From Phoronis australis (taxonomy: Eukaryota > Animalia > Phoronida): a DNA stretch of 64,000 nucleotides. Numbering within the stretch: position 1 is the stretch's first letter; each line of letters opens with the position of its first letter. The stretch spans positions 1 through 64,000 of the forward strand of contig NMRA01000148.1 of NCBI GenBank assembly GCA_002633005.1, written 5' to 3'. Below the pieces are notes generated by a model. That model saw only the letters and a program-made list of their open reading frames with translations. It did no database searches and was not told where the DNA came from. Below, piece after piece: positions 25,259 through 36,493 of this stretch. Position numbers and translations under genes: made by a program.

Positions 25259-26316
25259 TCTGTATTTGAAGCAACGTGTGATTGTATTAGTACCCCGATA
25301 TTACATATATTTACAAAGGTTTTCGAGCAGTATCAACATCATAAAAAGGCAATGTTAGGCGAAACTTTTTGTTTTAAGAAAATTATGCAGTTATGCAGTA
25401 ATATCCCTTAAAATGTTCTGGGATTGTGGAGACCCACAGTTCTTTACTTTTTGACCTGGCTCAATAACTTTTACTGAAAGCTGGGGAGTTTATATAGCAG
25501 TTTAAGCGTAACCAATACTTTACTTAAAAAGTTACGTTATATTAGTTTGTGAAAAATGTATATTTCTTACAAACACGGATAGGCCACGCCTACAATAGTT
25601 ACTGTGGTGATGTTCCACACCCGCAAATCCCAATATGGCGGTGGTCTTTTGCGAGGGTACTACAGCAACGGATTTCGCCATGATGTATTTTTCATCGTAT
25701 TTCACTTAAATAGTTGTCGTATAGAACATCATTATCAGAACGATACCAACCCTTTGAACTTGTGATTCACAAATTACGTCAACCTATTGAAACGTCAGCT
25801 TTATACGAATGTCTGGCTGATTCAAGCAGATCGCGTTTGCTCTTATGTTTGGCCAGGTGTTCTGGTAGGCTATTCCGCACCACATGTGATTGTAGGGAAA
25901 ACTATTGAACGCACCTAGCGTCACCCTGTGACGAGTCAGAACCCTTTGCCGTTTAAGAACACTTTAGCACTTCATATGATAAGTCATTCATCGCGTTGAA
26001 TAACAAATTCAACGCGTTGATTAAGCAATAGTACGCGTTGTTTAAGTGAAAATACGCGTTGAATAAGAGCAGAACGATGATCATTTAAGAAATAATTCAG
26101 CGCGTCAAATAATTAATTCAGCACGTTGATTGAACAAAATTGCGCGCATTTTATGTCGAGTAGAGTCCGCGGGTTTGTACACCATTTAGAATTCTTTTTG
26201 TGATATACATGTTAACAGACAGTATTATATTTTGAGGAAACAGGTCGACGTGGACGAGACCACTATTGCAAGGCTCCTTGCAACTAAAGATGGAGACCCT
26301 CCATCACTGTCTATTA

Positions 26317-26565
26317 CATGCGCGCACCCAGCCTCCAATATGGGGGGGGGGCTCGAATTCCTTACGTTGTGGACCTTTTGGTAACAAAAATGCGGGTGGA
26401 CTAAAAAATTGCGTGTTTGCGCTTGTTTAGTGGACTTTTGGTGGACTTTTGTTTCATTTTCACGGACTTTTTGTGTCTCAGAGGCGGACCATTTTGCCCA
26501 TTTCGCCAAATGGGGGGGGGGCTCGTTTGAGCCCTCCGAGCCCCCCTCCCCTGGGTGCGCGCATG
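26317..26565. mobile_element. MITE with 15-bp perfect TIRs and TA (or TATTA) target duplication
   Basis: tatta|CATGCGCGCACCCAG ... CTGGGTGCGCGCATG|tatta. Confidence 0.85.
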
Positions 26566-26799
26566 TATTATTGCTACATATAATGAATTCCAAAAAAGGG
26601 CCGTTCTGGGTTACACGACGAGAAAACTCTCCCATGTCCAGAAGATAAGAAAGCGCGTGACTTTATATTGGAAATTAGTCACGTGCTTTTTCGCAGATCA
26701 TGTCCGAATCTGGTGAATGGCCGTGGAAATATTCCCAATTTCCTCCGTTCAAAATTACAGGAATTGAAAGGATGTCTTCAAGAAAGGGAAAAATGTTAA

Positions 26800-26983
26800 G
26801 CTCAAAATTAACCCGAGGAACTTGTTTTACCCAATCGCTTCGCAATTTCTTGTTTCTCATTGAGGTTGGGAAGGCGAAGAACTTAATTAACATCACACAG
26901 CCCGGTCCACCACACGTGTATTTGTCCAGTTACCAAACGTTGGAGTTGCAGTACACAGCACAACAGTAAAACTTTGTTGGCAT
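26800..26983 (-). pseudogene. Decayed THAP domain N-terminus within a probable DNA transposon relic (~26161-27102)
   Basis: One frame with one stop: MPTKFYCCAVYCNSNVW*..KFFAFPTSMRNKKLRSDWVKQVPRVNF (THAP C-x3-C, FFxFP, R..W..V.R). The inverted ends AGTCCGCGG (~26164) and CCGCGGACT (~27092) bracket it. Confidence 0.75.
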
Positions 26984-27872
26984 TGGAAGGACGAATAGAG
27001 TAATGCCGCCAAGAGAAACTTGTAAACAAGCAGACAAACAACATTTTGCTCTGGATATTCATTATCCCGCCATGTATAGCGGCCAACCTCTCCGCGGACT
27101 TATACAGAAACTTGTGCTGAAAGAGCCCTTCACAAAGACCAATGGGACGAAATTTGTTACTTTCAGAGCAAAACTTAGGCAAACTTCTGGAAATAACAGT
27201 CATAATAATCAAAAGGCATATGTTTTCTAACTTGGATAGTCAGTACTGAAGTTCTGAATAGCTGAGACGCAAGATTCCAAAGATATATCTTTTTTCTTTG
27301 TAACTTTTGTTTGATCCAAGATGTTTGTATTGGCGAACCAGTTTAACCATGACTGTACTAATGTTTTTTATGAAGTAGATCAACATCCACAAAGAGTATT
27401 TCATTTTGAAGCAGTTATAAAGCCGTGATGACTGTCGAAAAAAATACTTTTGATTCAGTGGATTCGGGAAGAATTGAAAATAGGCTTTTAAAACACGCGG
27501 GTAGACTTTAGCAACCGCACAACAGTATGGCTGAGAGCTGAATTACCTTTGGCAGAATGTCACATGACGTTGTAGCAGCACCAAACGCTAACTTATTATA
27601 TGTATTAACACTTCAGCAGCGTAAAAAATGTTGCAAGTCTTATAAACGCGTTCCACTCATGTTGATATTTCAAACGTCTTAACGCGTTAATAAAGATAAG
27701 GTTATTAACACAAAACACTTAATTCTTTTATGCAAACGCTTAAACGCGTTAAAAAAAGTGTTGCAGAAAAGTGTTAAAAGAGTGTTGAATTTTGTTGTAG
27801 AGCGTTTGGTTATTACTTTAATAACAATTCCATCTTACAACACATTCACTCAATAGGCGTAGGCATATCTGT

Positions 27873-28072
27873 TCAGACTATAGGGCACCTGAATGCGTCA
27901 GCGTAGTTACACACACAAACACCGGGTCTGGCGTCGAATCGCAGGTTAGCTGGGCACTCATGCGTTTCCTTGACGAATCCGTGGACGAGGTCTTTCTGTT
28001 GGAAGCCGCCGCAAGGGATCCCATTGTAGTAAATTGGCTCATAATGGTTACCGTTCTCTGTACAGCTGGGAG
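27873..28072 (-). CDS. Small secreted chitin-binding-like protein, coding exon 3 (CBM14/ChtBD2-like domain 2, stop)
   Basis: Acceptor TCTTTTAG, phase 1. Encodes APSCTENGNHYEPIYYNGIPCGGFQQKDLVHGFVKETHECPANLRFDARPGVCVCNYADAFRCPIV*, which aligns with domain 1. ATTAAA lies about 50 nt after the stop. Confidence 0.85.
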
Positions 28073-28401
28073 CTAAAAGAATTAAACAAAACGTAATTTG
28101 TTGTTTAGGAGAGTGGGACCATTGCTTATGAGGCTGGTAACACTGATCATATCTCCGAAACAAGCACCATCTAGCATCTGGCATCTTTATCGAAAAACTT
28201 GCTCAAAGACATTGCAACCATAGGTTCTGTTAAGGTCTTTCTCGCAACTTTGGGAACACAGTAATAACTCCGGGCGTTCTTTTCCATGTAATGGGTAGGG
28301 ATGGAGGGTGAAAGGTTACCCCTGGATACGTAAAATACAGATCAACGCAACTAATCGAGAAAAATAGGTGCTTGAGGCTACACGACGTAATAAAATGCTG
28401 A

Positions 28402-28490
28402 CCTAGACAATACGACCCTCCCGGTCACTGTCACTTCCACCTACACCTAGACAATACCACCCTCCTCGGTCACTGTCACTTCCACCTACA
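28402..28490. repeat. ~44-bp tandem duplication in intron
   Basis: CCTAGACAATAC(G/C)ACCCTCC..GGTCACTGTCACTTCCACCTACA, two copies. Confidence 0.85.
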
Positions 28491-28888
28491 CCACTGTACT
28501 AAATTCGTTTACCCACCCGAGACCGAAGATACATTAAAACGTGTCAGATACCTACAGAAATGTAATGTAATACAGCAAAAGGCTCTCTCATGATAATACC
28601 TGAGAGATAACCCCTGGGGTATAAAAACGCACTGCGTGGGTATTTGTGACAATGTAGTTGCCAACTCGATACGATTAAGTTAAATGGGCATTTCTGCAGA
28701 AAACCTGGTGTTGCTCACGAGCTGCAACAATTTAACAAACCACGCTGACTTTCTAATAGAGTAGACTTATGCGAATTCTGCTTTTGGGAATTTCGTTTTA
28801 CAAGCAATTTGAAAGCGATGTCAAAGTATGATTTTGATGCCCGAAACTCTAACTGGCTTGAACAACTGTCATACGACTCAATTCTTAC

Positions 28889-29092
28889 CACTTTTTATTG
28901 TCACGCATTGTGCATTTCTAGCGCGGACGCAGACACAAACTCTGGTATCGAACAGCATACCCCCGGGACAATTTTGCTTTTGCCATGAGCTGTTCGCTAG
29001 AAGCATGCTTTTCTGCAGGAAAGCTCCACACGCCACTCCGCCGGCAGACGTAGTGGGCTGGTACAAATTATTACGTTGTTGGCAGGAGGGAT
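28889..29092 (-). CDS. Small secreted chitin-binding-like protein, coding exon 2 (CBM14/ChtBD2-like domain 1)
   Basis: Acceptor TCTTGCAG, donor G|GTAAGA; 204-nt phase 1-1 exon. Encodes HPSCQQRNNLYQPTTSAGGVACGAFLQKSMLLANSSWQKQNCPGGMLFDTRVCVCVRARNAQCVTIKS. Confidence 0.85.
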
Positions 29093-30416
29093 CTGCAAGA
29101 GAAATTGTTAAAATATTTTGAGTGTGATATAAACAATAAATTTATCTAAGACCTTATTTACAAGTTTGCACATTAATTTTACCTAATTATCTACAAAACT
29201 TTATATTTAACTAGGTAAAATTATATTGTTATCTGAAAGTACAAGCCTTGTAGAATTTGATTTTTAACTTTTCACCAGTACGGCATTAACTAGGTTACGT
29301 GGTCATGTTTTTGTAGTGAAATAAAGCAAAAACGAAAGGTACTTTGAGAACAAAACAACGGTACCAGTAACGTGATCTTTAAATTTACTTATAATGTTAA
29401 ATGGAGTCTCAAAATCGCTGTAATTTGATTTAAAGATTGAAAATGAGATCTGTAACTCCGTTACAGTTTTCTAAAATATAGTTCGTTTTCGGTTTATGCA
29501 ACTTCATGAAAATCATGAAAGTTCTATTTTTGATAGCCACTCGTGCAAAGCGGAATATTTTAAAGACAATCCCTCCAAGCCGTTTGCACAACAGCGCATG
29601 AAGCATAGTACCTGTAAGTCTCATATAGATGAATCCGATCAGCCAATTCTGAGACATGATGTTCCGAAATTAGCCAAATTTATACATATTTCCTAGTTGT
29701 CCTGCACAATATTAAAACTGTCATCAACTTGGCTTCCACCAAAATGACTTTTCATTTAGACCACTCACAAGTTCAAAACTCGTCTTAACTTTTTCCATAC
29801 TCAAATCAGATGTCATTTCAGGGCTTACAAAGAAGTGGAAGGCTTATGAAGTTGGCGTGCTACTGTGGCTGTAAATATTAACTTAAGAAAAGTATACATT
29901 TCCTAAAAGTAGAAAGGGTTTGAATTTTATGTTTGACTTTTTACCGATCTGTCATTAACTGGATTAAGTGACCATGTCTTTTCATCAAATTTAGCAAAAA
30001 AAGAAACGTGCATTTATAACAACGGCATCAATAACTTGAACAAATTTCCTTTTTGTTATAAATGTTCAAAATGAAATCATAAAAAACGCTGTTAAAGCTT
30101 TTATCATTTTGTTTTTCATTTTTCCACCGAAACCCTATTTTTGATAGTCCCTCTTGAAAAAAATGGATCGCATGTAAAACAATTCCGAACATTACATAAA
30201 GCATAATATCAGAAAGTTTCATTTGGCTAGGATCAGACATTTCTGAGATGTGATGTTCCGAAGTTAGCCAAATTCAGAATTTTTCTAGGGTGTTGCATGT
30301 ACATGACAAATAAAAAATGCTTGAAATTACCACAGAACATAATACAGACGTCTATTTCGACGCGAACACAAAATTTGAGCTATAAGATGAAAAGAAATCT
30401 TTTGAAAATTACTTAC

Positions 30417-30477
30417 GATAAACAGCGTTAACCAAGGAAGCGGCACATAGGACCGCGGCGATGACGTAAACCTTCAT
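30417..30477 (-). CDS. Small secreted two-domain chitin-binding-like protein, coding exon 1 (signal peptide MKVYVIAAVLCAASLVNA-VY)
   Basis: ATG at 30477, hydrophobic core, V-N-A cleavage site. Donor C|GTAAGT at 30416, phase 1. An upstream acceptor TTTCAG lies at ~30505. Confidence 0.8.
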
Positions 30478-33400
30478 AGTAATAACGAGTGACTTCTACA
30501 ATAACTGAAACCATTGCATAACTTATTTTGATAGTGTACGTAATGAAATCACAAACGCAAATCAGTAATCAGCAACAGAAAATGTCCAATAATATTGCCA
30601 ATTAAAAGTGTGTCGCTGAAATGGCATTCAAAAACCGTCAAATGTAAGAACACGTTACGGTGCTAACACCAGAAAATTATTTAAGAGATCTCAACAAAAG
30701 CGACCGGACAGCTAGTTGGTTACGTAATATGCTGTGACAAAACATTTATGTTATCCTATTTTTCGAATGCTAGAAATAAACAAATCTTCATTATGAGTGG
30801 TTTTACTTCATAAGACCGGCTAAAGTCGAGGAGGTGCTGGTAATAAAGCAATACACACTTAGTTTATTTTTTGAGAAATTTAACAACTGATACAATTAGG
30901 TTGTCTACTTTTTGTTTGATAAGCAGACGAAGAGTTGCTGTTTATCTCGTAGAAGAAATTAAGTTTTGCTGCCCATATAATTCTTACCTGTGCTGTGATG
31001 TGAAAAGAAACTGCTGTAACAAGAGTTTTCTGGATTTAAAGTGAAGCTTATCGTCACCTGGATTTTCCCATTTAGGTCACGGCGAGGATTGGTCAAGTTT
31101 TGTTGATAGCGGAATGACGTCATGAGGAAACACTGTGTTCCATGTGTTATTTCGCCAAGCTTACTTATTGAGCCATATCAAGATGTACATTTCACCCTGA
31201 AAAATGGATTAGGCCTTTTACTCTGATGAAACCGGTCACGACGTAATATGTATACTTATTTGAAAGGACACCGCGCTTTTGAAGCCATAAATTCACAATT
31301 TTACCATGACACCTATGGTCAATAATTACAGTCGCGTGTGGTGCAAAAACATTTTCTAAATTTCATTTCCAAAATATATAATGTTTATTTTCTAAATTCA
31401 TTTTCAATTTCAGTCCCCAACTGTCTATTCTCCTTTCTCATAACTCATATTGTTTAACATACACTTACGGCATTGGACCAGCTTTAATTAGTTTGCGCCA
31501 GTATCTAACAATTTTTTCATACCTTTCAAATCTTAAACTGGCTGGTGTACACTGTTTCATTCCCGGAACATGTTTAAAGAATTTATTCTGCGCTACTTCA
31601 ATGTCCTTGGCCTCAAGGAGGCCACAAATTTCACTTAAATGACTTATACGGGAGATCTGCTGACCAAAAATGTCTTTAAGGTTTTTGGTTTTATCTCTAA
31701 AGAGGCCTGGAACGCGAAAAACAGGCTAAATTGCATTTTCAAAGTAGTTCTCTGCCACTGAAACAGAATTCAACCTGCTTAACAGGTATTTTTGTTCACA
31801 AAGATTTTGAATTTCTGTTGATGTCAAAGCATTTTCTTTTAGTTTCAAATTTCAAAAAAAAGAATGATCTGTCAACTGCTTGTCCCTTCTTCGATTTTTC
31901 TCCTACGAGGCAAAGCACGTCTCCTTATTTGGTATGACAGGACAGAGACGTAGCACATTTCCCTTATATTGAAAATGTGACCTTTGACCTTTGATGTAAA
32001 CAAAACTGGCGACTTCAAACAGCAGCCAGTCCGACAAGAGGCAATTGATGTAAGTTCGAACTGTTTAAAATTAGTTACAACGGTATCGTAGTATTCAAAT
32101 ATACTAAAATGCACTTTAATGGAATTATTTTTGGAAAATTGCTTGCTTCACTGGCTTCCCTCATGCTGCGCTGTCGATCTCAGATTCGGAGTGCGATCAC
32201 ACATCATAATCTGCCGTTAGTATCCAGATAGTCATCCAGTTGTTTGTCGAATGCCTTTGAGTGGAAGGGAGATTAGAAATTCTGTGGTGACTACAGAGTT
32301 TTTCCTTCGCGCGTATTTCAAAAATCGCGATTTTCTATTTTTCTGGAAATTCCCTCACAAGGGAAAGTGAATAACTCTGTAGTACACGTTGCGAGGTGGT
32401 ACTTTTGTCTGGAATTGTTTAAAAATATATTTTTGACGAGCTTTCGCGTTCAATGCCTCGTTGACGGTGCCAACGCCTAATACATAATTACTGCCTTTGA
32501 GTATTGGTTTGCTAATCTTTTCTGTGTCTTAAACCAAGAGTCACCAGTTGAAAAATTAACACCAAGGTATTTACAAGCTGAGATGACTTCGTAATAATAT
32601 TTTTTTATTCCTTACCGGAGTTACTTGGGGTTCGTCAACCCTAAAATTGCAGATTCGAATACGACGCATCTAGCCAGCCTGTGTTATACGTTTCCGGGTC
32701 ATTCGGTAATAATTCAAGATGAGTTGAGCATGGTACTGGTTTTAAAATCCAAAAAGATTCGTTTTAAAATCCAACATTGGAAGCTAAACAGCGGTGAAAT
32801 GCAGCTTTAAAACTTCGCTATTACTGAATAGGGATGTAGCCATGTATTAGCACATCAGCCTAGAAATAGTTTCGACAATTATCTCAGTAACTACCGGTCA
32901 TGCGTGTATTCTCCGAGACCTAGTGCTTTTACTAAAACGAGTTTTAGTTGTTTTTGAGAAACAATTGTGTGGAGCATAAGATCAAGCTGAGTCACTTTTC
33001 ATAAAACACTTCCCTGGCCTACTTCTAGACACGCGATCTATAAAAACCGAATTGAATAGAATATTGATTTAATCAAGAAATATTAGATACTTAAGGACAT
33101 GTAATAAGGTTTTATTTGAAAAAAATACAAACCAGTTCGTCGTAGAAAATGCGCTGCTCAGAAAGACTTGGGGAGTGTAAAGTTACGCAATATTTTGCAA
33201 CTTACTCAAGTTAAAGCAGGTGGTTGTACGCCCAAATGTTATTATTTTTGTATCATAAACACTGGCGTGGTCAATAGGAGGGCACAATAGTGTCATGGCC
33301 TAATACTTCAACACGCCTGTCCTGGACCACTCTCATTCAAAGGTATTTTACCCCCCACAATGCAGCACGCGTGAAGCACTTGTCCTGCATCTTCACATGT

Positions 33401-34178
33401 AAATGTTTACTAGTCGCCATCTCATATTTCAATTGTTATGTAATTCATCAGTGCATAATACCGAGAAAAAGTTTCAGTTCTTTCGAATTTTGAGTTTCAA
33501 CGCTGACGCCAAGAAATTGGCAAAAAGCAAATATCAGAGCCGCTGGATGTACTTCCTGATTTACTAAATTAATGACGTTTTTTTTTTGAAAAGTCGTTCA
33601 CTCGTGATTTTTACCGCTGCGAAAGAAGAGAGTTCAGTCGAAGACGGTCCTGTATTACCCCCCTCTCCTTTTCATTGCAAAGTGCCCCCAGGTCGCCACT
33701 CCTCCCTCTAGTCAAGGAACAATTTCACGTTTGGTCCCCTATTGAGTAGTCCGCCAGGGATGATAAACACGTTGCTTTCGATACAAAAAAGCAGCCCGTG
33801 TTAAAAATTTCAGTTTGTAGTGTTTAACTAATAATACCAATCGCAAACATTTTTTTAAGTCTGGTCTGCACGCCACCTGCTGGCCACACCACGTGTCCGA
33901 AAAGATTTCTGACCCGACCGAACTCGAACCCGAGACCTTCTGCTAACCGCCTCCCGTTTAGTAACGCTAGGACCTCGCTAAAAAGCAAGACTTCGCGAGA
34001 TTACGTGAGATATTGCCGTGCATTGTAAATAGGAACACGTGACTTTGACTAGGTTTTAGCTAGGTCCTAGCGTAGGTCCTAGCGTCTACTGAACGCACGC
34101 CCGGTTTAACAGTTACACATTCTTATAACAGCAATTATAGCACTCGTGAGTGCCTTGCGGGGCTTCACAGAGTAGACT

Positions 34179-34409
34179 AGGGACCTGTTTCTAGAAGAGA
34201 CTTTTGACTTTTGTCTTTCGGCTACTGAAAATCAGTTTACGGATGGCTTAGCTTATTTCATGAAAGTCAGACTAAGGCCGAAGGTGAGAAAATATGTCTA
34301 CAAATCGAAGTCTCGAGACAAAAATCAATTTTTGGCTATTCGTGGTCAATTTCTGACTTTGATAAAGTCATACGACATAAACCAACAAACTTCTCGAGAA
34401 ACAGGTCCC
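34179..34409. mobile_element. Tourist/Harbinger-like MITE
   Basis: TIR GGGACCTGTTTCTAGAAG ... CTTCTCGAGAAACAGGTCCC. Confidence 0.7.
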
Positions 34410-36245
34410 ACAGCTGCGTTGACCCAAGGCAATCGTAAGGGAAGCTATTACGATAACGTGCTTCGCTTGTTATTAATGCATGATTGCGATTTCTCTCGAA
34501 GACTAGCGTGATTTTGCGTTTTTGAAGGTTTCTTGCGTTTACGGCATGCAGGCCAGCTCCGTATCCCTGTGTATATATTCTGCGATTTCACACCACCAGG
34601 TGACGCAGTTTGCGAAACATAAAACTTCTCTAGTTGTTAGTCAAGTGTTTGCTGCGGAAAGACGTTTGCTTTTTTGACAATGGATGCAACACTATTGTAG
34701 ATCCTCGCTATTTATAAAACAAATTTCAATCAAAATATCCAAAACTATGCAAGTACCATCTTGATGTAAACATGTTACCTTTTGGCTTAAGGCGGTTTTG
34801 GTCAGTGCATATTTTGACTTACTGTGAAAGATGTTTTAAATCTTTTAGTCGACGTTTATAAAAATGATACTAACAACTCTTCAAACCTGAAGTGCAGTGC
34901 TGTGAGCAAGTTGCATAATGCAAACACTACACTGTAGGTGTCTGAGAGGCTAAATCGGTTGTCTTCATTAACTGTTTCTGACATCAGTGCTTAACAGTAG
35001 CCAATTNGGGGGGGGGGGGGGCGTGAATGAGAATTAAACGGAATTGTCCGCCGTGAATTTTCTAAGTGGCTTTATTAAACTACAGGTTTCATAATTTAGG
35101 ACTGAGAATTTTTGTGAAAGACACGTTTAAGGATAATTATATTATCACCCAGGTACGTTTTGTCTTTCAAACTATGAAATATCGAAGCCTTTGAATAACA
35201 GCCAGGACGAGTGGGAAAATTGACTTCTGACTGGTACATCTACTTGTGCAATGAGCGTGATCAGGTGGATAACGCAGGGCAAATGCAATTCTTGCATCGG
35301 ACCATGATGCCTCGTGAATCACTAAAACGCAAAGGTCAAGGTGTTGCAAAACTGACAGACCATTTGAGAACTTGTGAAAACACTGATTGTTTTTTATAAT
35401 GCTGTTTTGTTCTCAGTACTAAATAATTTTTTCACTTTCATACTCACCAAGAGTAAATTGTATGTTGAATTCTCATTGTTATTAAAAATGAATAGGGAAT
35501 TCTTTATGCAACGCCCTGTCTATTTTCCATTAAAATGAGGTCTCAGCTTTTTAATCATATTATTGGAAAGTGTCATTAGTCAAGGAGGAGCTCTAAATAA
35601 AGATAAAATGAAAAAAAACCATTTGTGAGCAGCTGATTCCCTATTTTGGGACTGTTTCATGCAACCCATGAGGGTAAACAAAACTATTTTGCCGACACTG
35701 TAGGGCTCCGCTTCGTGCGTCTGTGTTTACAGTGTCGACTGACAGCAAACGTTCCAACACACTCATTCGGTTAATTAGACAGATATCGCCTCTTCATCAA
35801 TAGTAGTTAGTAATCCAACATAGCTCGAGTTCAGCGGAGATGATTCGAGCGTGTCCATAAATTCGGAATGGTGTGGTATAAATGAGGTTTCCATCACAAC
35901 TACGTCAACGAGGTATTCTTTGAAAACAGATGGCAGTAGATTGCAAGACGCCTCGCACAAGAGGTTTTATTGATGACCAGCTGTGAGACTTTCGCAACAG
36001 CCGTACGGAAGATTTCTCGAAGCTTGTCCTATCTAGCTAGGAACACGGACTCTTACGTGGGCGCACGTGCCAACCAAGTTCTTGTGAAGCCGTCAGTTTT
36101 CGAGCGTCAGCTGCCACTGTGAAAGGTGCGCAGGATTTTTCGCCAAAGTTGTCCAGGTAGGATACTTGTTAAGAGAATTTTCTTTCATAATTTCTTTAAT
36201 AACACTGTCTTCTACCTTGGCACCTAAAATGGAAATAATAGACCA

Positions 36246-36493
36246 GGGACCTGTTCCAAGAAAACTGACTTAGCTAAGACAGATCTTAACTTTCAGTCAA
36301 TTTTAAGATAAAACTTAAATTTGTCTCAAGACCATTTCAAAAAAGAGATCTTAACTTTACTTAAGTTTTTTACTTAAGTTTTGTCTTAATTTTGACTAGC
36401 TTACCTGATGTGGAAGTTTCAAAGTTTCCAAATTGAGACAAATCTTAGACTTAAGTCAAAAATCAACTTAAGTCAGGTTCTTGGAACGGGCCC
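36246..36493. mobile_element. Tourist/Harbinger-like palindromic MITE
   Basis: TIR GGGACCTGTTCCAAGAA ... TTCTTGGAACGGGCCC, flanked by CAG on both sides; AT-rich CTTAAG-repeat interior. Confidence 0.75.
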
